This document shows positions 25,093 through 36,899 of a stretch of DNA of 64,000 nt, piece by piece; the first letter of the stretch is position 1; the number at the start of each line of letters is the position of its first letter. Location of the stretch: NCBI RefSeq assembly GCF_018977255.1, contig NW_024704743.1, positions 35,032,001 through 35,096,000 on the forward strand, given 5' to 3'. A model generated the notes under the pieces. That model did no database searches. It was not told where the DNA came from and worked only from the letters and a program-made list of their open reading frames with translations. Both the position numbers and the translations under genes were made by a program. This DNA comes from Callorhinchus milii. Its lineage: Eukaryota.

Positions 25093-27381
25093 CGTGAAAG
25101 GCGCTATACAAATATTGCTCAGAGCTCACACAGTTGGTAGCACTCTTTCCTGAGTTAGAAGATTGCAAGTTCAGAGCCCAAGCTGGTATTGCAGTTCAGT
25201 ATTATCGGAGGTGCAATCTTCCAGATGAGACGTTAAACCAAGATCAAATGCCTGTTCAAGTGGATGTTAAAGATTTAATTATACTGTTTTAAATACAAAG
25301 GACATTTCTCCTGGGACCATGTCCAGATTGAGTGATCTTTCACTCTGGTAGTTTGTGGGACCTTACTAATACAAATGGCTGCCAAATGAAGTCAACACTT
25401 CACAATAATTATCTGTGAGGTGCTTCAAGATGTTTTTGTTGTGATGTGGCACTTTCAAATTGCAAGTTCTCACTTTAAAATGTCAGTCCTACTGTTTAGT
25501 TAGAAATTGTTTTCGTGAAATTTTTTTTCATTTGCACTAGGTAGGAAACATCAAATACATCAAATACTGTATGTGCGTGGAGAGAGCTGGAGAGTGGGAT
25601 TAGATTAGCTAACTCTTGTAAAAAAAAATCTCCAGCTCAAACTTGGACTGAATGGCCTGATTATGTATGGCATTTCAGTTGCCCTGTTCAAGTATCCAAT
25701 AAAACTCTTCACATCTACATTTGTTATTCCCCCTCCCCCTTACAGTCCTGTCCTGAGTATATGCTATTGCAAATGCAGAAGCGGTGGGAGTGCATCGAGG
25801 TCTAATTTACAGCTTGTGCTAACCACGCGTGCCTGAGGAGAGAACACAGGTGCCTGTGACTACGTAATTAATATTGATCAATGTCAAACTATCAGGGTGA
25901 TTTTGTAATCCTTTATGTTATTACTGTTTAAAATTAGAATTAGAGGCACCAGTAATTCTTGTGCTCAGTGAGTGGAATCGAAGTTGCCAAAGGGATTTGC
26001 TGGAAGAGAGCAGGAGAGGGGTATTTGATTTATCATTCACCACGTCCAAACAATATGAGGCAGCTATACGGCAAATAGGAAGCTGGGCTCCATTGCCAAA
26101 AGTTCATTTCCCCACAGATTGTGGAATCGAGCTACAATTCTGCGACAAAAGGGGATACCATTAAGGGGTTTGCTGCCACATAAGGTGGTTGCCCAGGGCC
26201 TAAAAGTAAGAAAAGAGGAATGACTGGATAAGATGGTGTTTATTTTTCCATTCAAGCGTTCTACAGTGCTTTTCCTCATTTTCCCCTTGCATATTTTTAC
26301 TGCCAGTCCCTTCTTTTCATTGTATCCTCCTCGCATCCCTCAATATATGCCCATTTCTCACCTTGTTGATTAATATCACTCACTCTAAAGAGTAAGAAGC
26401 AATTTCCAGAATAAGTTGTACTCAACTTGTGGGTAATACTGTACCACTCTTTAGCTCAACTTTGATAAGAAACAGCTCTTTACTCTTGTGATGAGAGGTA
26501 GTTAAAGTGTAACTTGTAATATAATTTCAACTTGTTCTCTTGCAATTTGTATTTAAATAGCTGAAAAATTATAAATCAAAGCAAAATGTTAATACAATGT
26601 ATGCAATAAAATACGACAAAAACTGCATAAATTGTTGAGATTAGAATTGGTTATCCTGGATGTAAATGCATAGTATTTACTGGGGTGTTAAGTAAAACAT
26701 TTGTCCCCCATCTTCAACTTCTTCAGTTTAAAGAGTATTTGTTGTATTTTTTTTACTAAGTTATTATGAGAGAGTTCCAGTTAATGTTGACATTGTGGAA
26801 AAGTAGAAGGTAGATTCTTCTGCTGACTTAGGGAGCACTCTTTACATTTGGAGGGAGGATATTTGCTTGTGGAATTGCATAGAAACTGAGAAAAGTTATG
26901 AAATAGTACAGCTGTCACAATTACCCAAGAGTGCTAATTTAATGTAGTTTGCATGATGATGATGATTATATTGCTACTAATCTTTGTTAAATTATTGAAT
27001 GCTAGTCTTGGGTTATCTTAAGGTGGTTGGTTCATTTTATTAAGGGTAGAACCTTTTGTATCCTCGCAATTACCACTGTACAGTTAAAATTTGAAACGAA
27101 AAGCTATTTTGAGCAGCTTCATGTATCATTGATTTCTAAATGTCAAACGTTTAAATTTTAAAAAGACCTTTCTTGCAACAGGTTGTGCACCTTTTATTGG
27201 CGGTAACGGTTGGTCCCAGCGCCCTGGGACGTCCTCCCAACGTGAAAGGCGCTATTACAAATGTAGCGTTGTTGTTGATAAAACTCCTGCCTCAGAAAGC
27301 TGTGGGTTCAAGCCCCGTGTCAGGATTTTGAACTCAAGTCTAGGCTAATACTATGATACAGGACTGGGGTCCTGGATGTGT

Positions 27382-27755
27382 TCATAGAATCATGGAATTA
27401 TACAGCACAGGAGGCCACTTGTCCCACCGTATCCATGCCAGCTTTTTGAAAGAGTCCCATTCCCCCGCGCTCTCCCTATAGCCATGCAAATTTGTCCTCC
27501 CCAAATGTCTATCTAGTTCTCTCTTGAAAGCTCTTATTGAATCAACTTCCACCAGCCTTTCAGGCAATGCATTCCCAATGCGAACAACTCACGGTGAAAA
27601 AATTTCTCATCTTCCCTCCGGTTCTTTTGGCAACTATTTAAAATCTGTGTCCTCTGGTTACCAACCCACCCGACAGTGGAAATAGTTTCTCCCTGTTCAT
27701 CCTATCAAATCCCCTCATAATTTTGAACACCTCTATTAAATCTCTGCTCCAAGGA
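27382..27755 (-). mobile_element. CR1-clade LINE 3' end. Further fragments at ~29730-30060(-), 43115-43245(-), 48100-48540(-)
   Basis: LPERLVEVDSIRAFKRELDRHL translation and ttctatga tail. Confidence 0.88.
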
Positions 27756-27829
27756 GAATAATCTGATTTTTTTTCACACAGCAAGTTGTTTGGATCTGGA
27801 ATGCATTGCCCAAAAGGGTGGTGTTCTAA

Positions 27830-28190
27830 CTTTCTCCACAGTTAAACCACAGCAAGACTGAGGCTCTCCCGCTTAGCTTCTGTCAGCAGCTCCGTCTCAA
27901 TTCAGGCACTGATCAGTGTGAAACCCCAGTATCCTATTTGACCCTTTACTGTCCTTTAAGCTCTACTTGTAGGTTGTCACTCACTCAGCTTTCTCTCACC
28001 TTTGCAACATTGCTGGCTTCTGACACTACCATCCCCCAGCGGATGAAATTCAAGATCCTTGACCTCGCTATTAAATCCTTCTTCGGCCTTGCCTTACCGT
28101 ATCTCTGCATCGCCTACATCCCTGCCACTCCCTTTGCTCATCAAACAGCCTGCTTTATGTCCCCTGTCCCTCCACCCCACCATCAGTGAC
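27830..28190 (+). mobile_element. Degraded L2 fragment
   Basis: IPQRMKFKIL-like translation and aagactgaggctctc motif shared with the other L2 copies. Confidence 0.7.
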
Positions 28191-30086
28191 AAGATCCCCC
28201 TCCCTCATGACCTTGAAGATCCCACTGTTCGAAAACAGAAGGGAGTTTCTCCCAACATCCTGGCCAACAATACCAATATAAAGTTATTAATTTATGTCAT
28301 GGCTGTTTTTGGAATATTGCTGTACACAAATTGGCTGCCTTGAGCACTTTGAGAATCTTACTGGTTCTCCCGACATTAAAGGCATTGTGTAAAATGTAAG
28401 GATTATTTTTATCATATTAAATCACAATTATACATTGAAATTTGCACAATTACAGCCTAATACTGTATAGAATTTCAAGCTTTGGGTTTGTTCCATTGTT
28501 CATACTGAGTTAGCTGATCTCAGCTAATTTAGCATCTTAATGTGTGCAAAGCCAAACTATTTCTCCTCTTGCCTCTCTTCCTCCCCCAAAAGAATCATGC
28601 GAATGTAAGCCACTTTGCCATTTAGATCTGACTACTAGAGTTGTGCAGTATCGGACCTCAGGCAGACTTATTCTTATTTCGACTTAGATGTACCACAACA
28701 TTTAAAAGCATTATACAATGCATTTATTGTCAGGAGAATGTTTCAAGGTGCTTAACGGCAGCCAATTTTTCTACAGCAATGTATTCACACCATGAATTTG
28801 ATATTTCGGACACAGCACTGCAAATAAAATGTAATCGAAATACCAATCTGTATTTTACAATTCATGAGGAACAAATTGAATGGTATTGTTTATTTTAAGT
28901 GCAGTACTGCTCATTCTTTAAATTTATGTATTTGGTTTACCAATTTCGTGCCCAATTTCCCTCTGGATGTAGGACAATGGTTTATGTAGTATGTTTAAAA
29001 TGATTATTATGGGATAGATGTTGTGTTGCATGCTTGTTTAAGTATCTTCGATATACTAAAATATAAATAATGTTTGTTATTTTGATTTTACCAGTCTGAC
29101 CCTTTGTAGTCCTTCATAATAATATATAATTTATATAAATAATTGTCTAGTCTTTTAAGAATTACAAATTCTCAAAGCCTCAAAATCTGAAGGATTTGCA
29201 ACAATTCAGTTCATTCCGAATACCACAATGAATGGACTATTATTTTCTAACATTTGTGTGAGAACTAGCCTGAAGAGAAAAGTTAGTTATAGGGAAATAA
29301 TGGTTAACAAATAAGGGAAAACAGCAGCATAAACAGGCTCTCACACAGGAAAAAGCACCTCCAAAGGCATCCTATATATTTCATGCTAAACTGCAAGAAC
29401 TTAGCTTCAATCTGAGATCACTTTGAGTTGTTCTCCCAAGGTGCCATTTAGAGGGCTTTCCCAATAATATAGTAGGAAATATCAATGACATACGTGGTTA
29501 TACAGTTGGTGGGCTACTTAACCTCTCTAACCTCATATGTCCAAAATCCCAAGGTATACTCAGCTTTGAGTGTTTTAAGGAATGGAACAATAATTACAAC
29601 AGTAAAATCATAATCAGTGAGAGAAGGATTCTGTCTCTACTTTTCCTGGCCTGCTTCACTGCTGTGTCTTAGTTGGTAGCACACTCACCTCTGAGTCAGA
29701 AAGTTGTGGGTTCAAGCCTCTGTCAGCCATCAACTTTCAGGTTAGATATTTGAACAATTGGGCATGATACTCCTACTTCGGTCTAACAATTCACATAGCT
29801 CATTACATCACCTTCGTTAGTGTTGTATTCGATGCCCCTATTTATAAAACCTAGGATTCTATTAGCTTTCTTCAGCTTTGCCCACCTGACTTCCCAGCTT
29901 TAAAGATTTATGTATGTTGACTCCAAGGTCCCTCTGCTCTTCTGTTCCATTTAAAATGTTACTATTTGGCATATTCCTGCTTTCTGTTTTTTTTCCTTTG
30001 AACATAGCCACGCATGTTTTTGCATTAAATTTTATCTGCCCTCTCCGTGTCTGATCTACTGAAATTTCATCTTTAATAATAATCCT

Positions 30087-30409
30087 GGCAAAACACAAAA
30101 TACTGCAGATGCTGGAAATCTGAAAACAAAAACAGAAGTCGCTGGGAGCACTCAGTAGGTCAAACAGCATCTATGGAGAAAGGAAAGTGAGTCAACATTT
30201 TAGGTGCACGACCCTTGGTCAGAACTGGAGCACGTTGGGAGGGAGAGGCTTTCAAGGGCTAACAAGAGCCCTGTTAGCCCTTAAAAGCCTTTCCCTCCCA
30301 ACATGCCCCAGTTCTGACCAAGGGTTGTGTACCCGAAACATTGACTGACTTTCCTTTCTCCATAGATGCTGCTTGACCTGCTGAGTGCTCCAGCAACTTC
30401 TGTTTTTGT
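30087..30409. mobile_element. Fold-back (palindromic) non-autonomous element, probably Penelope-derived
   Basis: Inverted arms ~30125-30264 and 30272-30410 with a 7-nt loop; flanking direct repeat TAATAATCCT at 30077-30086 and 30410-30419. Confidence 0.85.
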
Positions 30410-30680
30410 TAATAATCCTTGCATTTGATATAGCGCCTTATGGCATCTTCAAGGCGTGTCAAAGTGCTTCACAGGTTACACTGTAAAGTGTAGTGACTAC
30501 ATGTTTTGTGGGTGAAACGTGGCAGCCAATTGTACAGTGGTGTCCCACATACAGTTGTGGACTGAGTGACCAAATTGACATTATTTTTTTTTGGAGGTAT
30601 TATTACCCCTGGAAAGCGATCTGCCAATCGACTTAACAAGTAGGTTCCTACTTATTGCTAGGTAAACAGAGGCGTGTGTC
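30410..30680 (-). mobile_element. SINE, older subfamily, headless
   Basis: Same tail, plus the extra segment seen at 39505-39565. Confidence 0.8.
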
Positions 30681-30939
30681 CATCACTCTCCCCTCCTTGC
30701 CAACAGACCTCTGGCTAAATTGATCATTCACCCGTGGCAATTATTCGACTTTTCTGTGTGCTAAAATGGCTTCTAAACACAGTCCTTTCCACTTGATAGT
30801 AATTACCTGTACAGTGCCCCAGTGAAGTGTTTTGAGATTTTCGACATGATGAGGTGCTATAAAAATATGCATGTGCTTACACTGTAGGTACCAGGATTCT
30901 CTGCAGCTCCACCCCCAGAAGAGAAATGAATGGTTTCTA

Positions 30940-31700
30940 GTCGTGCTGTGAGGTATTCCCTCCCATACCTTTTTCCCCCGATCTCAGACCGGGGGTCTTT
31001 TTCCGTTTCGCCCCGCCCAGGAACCGACCCCGGGTCCTCTCGCTTGCGAGGCGAGAGCTGCAACCACCACAGACAGACCTCGGCTTACAATTCATTCTTT
31101 AACTGTGTGGGTGGGGTGAACCCTGGGCCCAGATTCTCCTCTCACTGCCCGTCCACTGCCTGTCCGCTAAACCCTGGGGCCCACAGCGGATACAGGGGGA
31201 TTCGCGCTTCTTTTTCCCGCTCTATATAAGTCGTGAGATCACCGACCAGGCCCCACGTTGGCCTCCAGATGTCACGACTGAGCAGCAGCAGCTTTACACC
31301 GTGTACACAGCGTCCCGAGGCTCTGCAGTCAGGGTGTCGGAGCTCAGGGGGAGAAGTACACCGCCACTTTGTCACAGACACCTCCCAATCTACTCTCCAC
31401 ACTTATCTGTCTATAAAATCTTTTGTGTTTATTAAACTTATTCAGTTAAATATAAAATTGTTTATGCTCATTCACTTTATACAATTAAATATAACTTTAT
31501 TTCCGCTTTCGGAACAAACGTCGCAACAAACACTGATAACATGATCTAAACTATAATAATGACTGAGCCTCAACCTGGGACCCAGTAACAAACAGAGCGA
31601 CCTGACTCGCCTGTAATCCTCGTGTCAGGCCCTGAGGCCCAGAGTTTCCCAGTTACAGGCGTTAATGTTGTCGCCAAATCGCCGCTGAGGCTCAAACACG
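30940..31700. promoter_or_regulatory. Intronic CpG-rich island, promoter/enhancer-like
   Basis: CpGs retained against a CpG-poor background; TTTCCCGC at 31213-31220; TATATAAG at 31223-31230; adjacent GC-box array; CCAATCAG at ~33153. Confidence 0.45.
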
Positions 31701-33120
31701 CTCCCTCTCTAGCCCCGCCCCTGCCCCTCTAGCCCCGCCCCTGCCCCTCTAGCCCCGCCCTCCCTCTCTAGCCCCGCCCCTGCCCCTCTAGCCCCGCCCC
31801 TGCCCCCTCTAGCCCCGCCCCTGCCCCTCTAGCCCCGCCCCTGCCCCTCTAGCCCCGCCCCTGCCCCTCTAGCCCCGCCCCTGCCCCTCTAGCCCCGCCC
31901 CTGCCCCTCTAGCCCCGCCCTCCCTCTCTAGCCCCGCCCCTGCCCCTCTAGCCCCGCCCCTGCCCCTCTAGCCCCGCCCCTGCCCCTCTAGCCCCGCCCC
32001 TGCCCCTCTAGCCCTGCCCTCTCTCTCTAGCCCCGCCCCTGCCCCTCTAGCCCCGCCCCTGCCCCTCTAGCCCCGCCCCTGCCCCTCTAGCCCTGCCCTC
32101 CCTCTCTAGTCCCGCCCCTGCCCCTCTAGCCCCGCCCCTGCCCCTCTAGCCCCGCCCCTGCCCCTCTAGCCCCGCCCCTGCCCCTCTAGCCCCGCCCCTG
32201 CCCCTCTAGCCCCGCCCCTGCCCCTCTAGCCCCGCCCCTGCCCCTCTAGCCCCGCCCCTGCCCCTCTAGCCCCGCCCCTGCCCCTCTAGCCCCGCCCCTA
32301 CCCCTCTAGCCCCGCCCCTGCCCCTCTAGCCCCGCCCCTGCCCCTCTAGCCCCGCCCCTGCCCCTCTAGCCCCGCCCCTGCCCCTCTAGCCCCGCCCCTG
32401 CCCCTCTAGCCCCGCCCCTGCCCCTCTAGCCCTGCCCTCCCTCTCTAGCCCTGCCCTCCCTCTCTAGCCCGCCCTCCCCTCTAGCCCCGCCCCTGCCCCT
32501 CTAGCCCCGCCCCTGCCCCTCTAGCCCCGCCCCTGCCCCTCTAGCCCCGCCCCTGCCCCTCTAGCCCCGCCCCTGCCCCTCTAGCCCCGCCCCTGCCCCT
32601 CTAGCCCTGCCCTCCTCTCTAGCCCCGCCCCTGCCCCTCTAGCCCCGCCCTGCCCCTCTAGCCCCGCCCCTGCCCCTCTAGCCCCGCCCCTGCCCCTCTA
32701 GCCCGCCCCTGCCCCTCTAGCCCTGCCCTCCCTCTCTAGCCCCGCCCCTGCCCCTCTAGCCCCGCCCCTGCCCCTCTAGCCCTGCCCTCCCTCTCCTGCC
32801 CCTCTAGCCCCGCCCCTGCCCCTCTAGCCCCGCCCCTGCCCCTCTAGCCCCGCCCCTGCCCCTCTAGCCCCGCCCCTGCCCCTCTAGCCCCGCCCCTCCC
32901 TCTCTAGTCACGCCTTCCCTCTCTAGCCCCGCCCCTGCCCCTCTAGCCCCGCCCCTCTAGCCCCGCCCCTCTAGCCCCGCCCCTGCCCCTCTAGCCCAAC
33001 CCCTCCCTCTCTAGCCCTGCCCCTCCCTCTCTAGCCCCGCCCTCCCTCTCTAGCCCCGCCCCTCTAGTCCCGCTCTCCCTCTCTAACCCCGCCCCTGCCC
33101 CTCTAGCCCCGCCCCTCCCT
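31701..33120. repeat. Minisatellite, 20-bp unit AGCCCCGCCCCTGCCCCTCT, ~70 copies
   Basis: Directly visible 20-nt periodicity with occasional 19-nt variants. Confidence 0.98.
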
Positions 33121-33903
33121 TCAGACCCATCCCCCCATGTGATTTCTCTCATCCAATCAGCCCCCCCCCCCAGTTGCCCTGTCACCCCTTCACTGCCTCA
33201 GGTGCCTCTGATCCGGGTTATGGAGGTGACATTCATGTATTTCTCTGACTGTAATGGGAGCAGTGCCGAATCTGAGTAACACCGGACTCTCCGGATTAGA
33301 ACCACAGTGATTACATGGACAGAGGGCTGTTTGGTCAGGTTTGATGTGATTTGGAAACGAGGATCCAACCAACTACCTGTGGGAAAACAGTGCAATAATT
33401 GAGCACTTCAGCAAACAGCATAACCTCTGGCTCTGTGTAAAGTGCTTTGAGACATCCTCCCGACAGGAAAAGCAGTATACAAATATAAACTGCATGATAC
33501 TGTCTGCTAAGCTTAGCAAGCACAGACCGGCTTCGTGTTCGCTGCCATACCAGCCCCACCATTGGCGGATGGGTTTTCAGCCTTTCTGCCCCTATTCTCT
33601 GGAACTAGACATTTATTTAATGTGCAATGCAAACTTGATTGTATCTTTCATTCCTGAACTTAGCCAGGAAAAAACATGGGAGTGGTTGATGTCCAGCTAC
33701 AGTCATATCTTGGAACAACCTCAAAGATGTTAATCTTGAGTACGTGTGTAAATAAATCTATCGTTTGGTGCAAAAGTTAGACATTTATCAAATACTTTGA
33801 TAAAAATCCTCTTTGCCAAAGAGGATTTGTAGTTGGATTAAATTGGTTTTAAATGCAGGTGACTTGTGTTGCCTGGAACGTCCTGTTACACCTCATGAAT
33901 GTG

Positions 33904-34222
33904 GAGTCCTGTAGCTCAGCGGTTAGAGCACTCGCCTTTGCAAGCGAGACACCTGGGTTCAATTCCAGGCAGGACGAAAAGTGTGGAGTAAGTTTCCTTA
34001 CTCCACACAGAGCCTAATAATAATCCCTCCAAAAAAACAAAAACAATAATAAATTGGCCATTTTCAATCCACGACTGTTTGTGGGACACTGCGGTGCTCA
34101 ATTGGCTGCCGCGTTCGCCCACAAATATACAGTCAATTCACTTTACAGTATATTCTGTGAAGCGCTTTGGGACGTCCTCCTGACGTGAAAAGCGCTATAT
34201 CAAATGCAAGGATTATTATTAT
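33904..34222 (+). mobile_element. Full-length tRNA-derived SINE (same family)
   Basis: A and B boxes, body and (ATT)n tail intact. Confidence 0.93.
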
Positions 34223-34619
34223 GAAAGACACTATAAGTATAAGTTGTTGCCGCTGCTGCTTCCGCTGCTAAGAATATTATTTAGTCAGAAACATAATATG
34301 ATACTATGTGATGAAGAATCTTGTGCGTGTATGCCCAGGCAGCCCAATGTCATTCTTTTGATCGTTATATTTGTTATATTTGTGCTGCTTGCTACATTGT
34401 TGATGTGTTTGTCCATTTCTGGAAAAAAATAGACCACATCCAGTTCAATGGCATTGTATATGAATGTGCTTACAGTGCCCCAGAATAGGAGATTGTCCCA
34501 CCCATGTGCTGAATTGCCATTCGCAACCAGCTTGTATCACAGATACACATAAATTTACGTGCGACATTGGGGGGGGGGGGAGAAAAACTCCCATGGTATG
34601 TCATTCTATGTCCTTAACA

Positions 34620-35055
34620 CCTTCATTGCTTTCTATCTATTTTTCTAATGCACTCCCCATTGGTCGCCCTGGCTGTACCATCCATAAAATGTAACTCATC
34701 CAAAACTCCGTTACCTGCTTCCTCATCTGCCCATCCCATCACCCCAGTACTCACTGTGCTCCACACTCCCTGTCTCTCAGTTGATTGATTTTCAAGGTCC
34801 TCTCCCTCACCTATAAATCCCTTCCCACCCTTGCACCTTCCCCAGCAGATAGCTGAGCTTTCCAATTCTAAGTCCCTAAATCTCTGGAACTCCCTCCCTC
34901 AACTCCTTCAGTCTCAGTCCACTCAAAACCTACCTCTTCAAACCTTGCCTATGGTCACCTCCTTCCCTCATCTCCCCCCCCCCCCCCCCCCCTTGGCACT
35001 GCCCTACCATTGCAAAGCGCTCTGAGACATTATTCTACAAATGCAAATTGTTGTA
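34620..35055 (+). mobile_element. Degraded L2 3' fragment
   Basis: ctcatccaaaactc, ctctggaactccctccc and gcaaattgttgt tail motifs. Confidence 0.7.
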
Positions 35056-35419
35056 ACTGGTGGTATTGTCCTTTCACTGCATTCTATTTATAAAGAACCG
35101 AACCTTTCCATGTGGCAGTCGTTTGATATATGAGATGGGAAGAAGAAATTACCTGACTTGTATTTCTTAAAGGGAATGGACATGCCTCACTATGTTTGGG
35201 TTCTTCTTTCTCTTCTCCCCCCGCCCACCCCCCATTTGATGACCTTACCCACACTATGTGGATGATAACCTCCGTAAGGTTAATGAGAAATAATTGCTCC
35301 TAATTAGTGTCAGTTGTTTCGAGCTAGATATAGTAAATAATTATTTTAAAGATATAATTTTTACAGCTGCTGCATTCATTTGTTTTGTATTCTTGTCTTT
35401 TGAATTCCTTTGGTTTCAG

Positions 35420-35592
35420 GTTATGAAGGAAATGCAAAGTGCTCTGAACACAGCAGCAGCTGATGACAGTAAACTGGTTTTGCTGAGCGCTGTAGGAAGC
35501 GTGTTTTGTTGCGGTCTTGACTTTATTTATTTCATTCGACGGTTAACAGACGACCGGAAAAGGGAAAGTACTAAAATGGCCGACACTATCAG
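35420..35592 (+). CDS. CDYL: CDYL coding exon
   Basis: tttcag|GTT acceptor, AG|gtacac donor. VMKEMQSALNTAAADDSKLVLLSAVGSVFCCGLDFIYFIRRLTDDRKRESTKMADTI(R). Phase matches both neighbours. Confidence 0.97.
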
Positions 35593-35929
35593 GTACACAT
35601 TTCCTATTGATTCAAGTCAGGGAAAGACAGTGAGAATATTTGTTGTAAAAAAAATTCACAAAGATATTTGTCAAAACTCAAGGGATGAATTATATTTAAA
35701 GATCATTAATGTTTTTTTATCCACAAATCCCCAAAAGAGCCCAGAATGTTAGAATTCGGGTTACACTATTTCCATTTTTAAAAATCCCAAGTATTGATGG
35801 TTAAAATCTGGCTTTATAGGTCTAATTATAAAGTTTCCAATGTGTTGTGAAACAAGACCACTTTGGTTCTGTAATTAGTCCATTGGGGTTGGGGAAACCT
35901 TTCAGAATTTATCAGATTTAAGCTTTTAC

Positions 35930-36420
35930 CATTGTATAGCGTTGGGAGGATGTCTCATAGAGCTTCACAGAATCAGCTGGCTGTCCGAGCGGGGTGGAGG
36001 GGAGAAACCAAAAGCGCGGTCAACAAGAAAGGTCTTAAGACCACCTTTAAAGGGAGGGAGAAGCAATGTAGAGGGAGTCCGGGTTGGAGTTCCAGAGAGT
36101 GGGGGCACCTGTTTCTCCAGTGGTGGGGGACATGAAGCAGGCTGGCCAGCCAGTCGGTGTTTGCTAAGCATTGGGAGCGACGGGGCGATCAAGCTGCAGA
36201 TGGCCACAGAAATAAGGTGTGGCAAACTGCAAAGGCGTTTTAACAGAAAGATGAGAATCTGGAATTTGATTCTCTGTGGAGTGGGGAGTCCGTGGAGCTG
36301 AGTGATAGGTTCACAGAGCCTAATGTGTGAGAGGACACAAGATCCAGAGTTCTGAATGTCTACAGCTTGTGCAGCAAGAAAGTGGGTGTCTGGTGAGCTG
36401 GGCATTCGAATAATGACAAA
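35930..36420 (-). mobile_element. L2 3' fragment
   Basis: LPTPQRIKFQILI translation and L2 tail. Confidence 0.85.
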
Positions 36421-36688
36421 AATGCATGAGTTATAAAGCCTAGATTTTAAATGTGATTAATGGAATTGTACTAAATGTGATCTTCTGGAAATGCCTGTTT
36501 CATGAAACAAGTTTAAAGGAAAGGAATAAAGATTTTTTTTGCAAAAAAAACAAATGATGGACATTTCTATTATATAATACGTGTATCATTGGTTCTTGAA
36601 GTTCAGGTGAACAAAAAGGCAATGAGCAGCAATATTTGCGTACACATGCAGAATAGAAAAAAGCAACTTTTTTCTTTTTCTCTTATAG

Positions 36689-36899
36689 GAGTTTTGTCAA
36701 TACATTTATTCAGTTTAAGAAACCAATCATAGTAGCTGTAAATGGACCTGCAATAGGCCTCGGAGCTTCCATATTACCTCTCTGTGATGTGGTGTGGGCA
36801 AATGAGAAGGCGTGGTTTCAGACTCCCTATACTACATTTGGACAGACACCAGATGGGTGTTCATCGTTGATGTTTCCCAGAATAATGGGCTTAGCTTCG
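36689..36899 (+). CDS. CDYL: CDYL coding exon (not in ORF track)
   Basis: Polypyrimidine tract + tatag acceptor, TCG|gtaagt donor. Manually translated: (R)SFVNTFIQFKKPIIVAVNGPAIGLGASILPLCDVVWANEKAWFQTPYTTFGQTPDGCSSLMFPRIMGLAS, including the crotonase signature. Confidence 0.97.

Noticed and set aside
31701..33120. CRISPR-like periodicity in the tandem arrays
   Set aside because: Head-to-tail repeats without unique spacers, no cas genes, vertebrate context.
33904..33975. tRNA-Ala(TGC)-like gene (also ~11860-11928 and ~44545-44615)
   Set aside because: No complete acceptor stem or nearby poly-T terminator, and contiguous with a SINE body; these are SINE heads.
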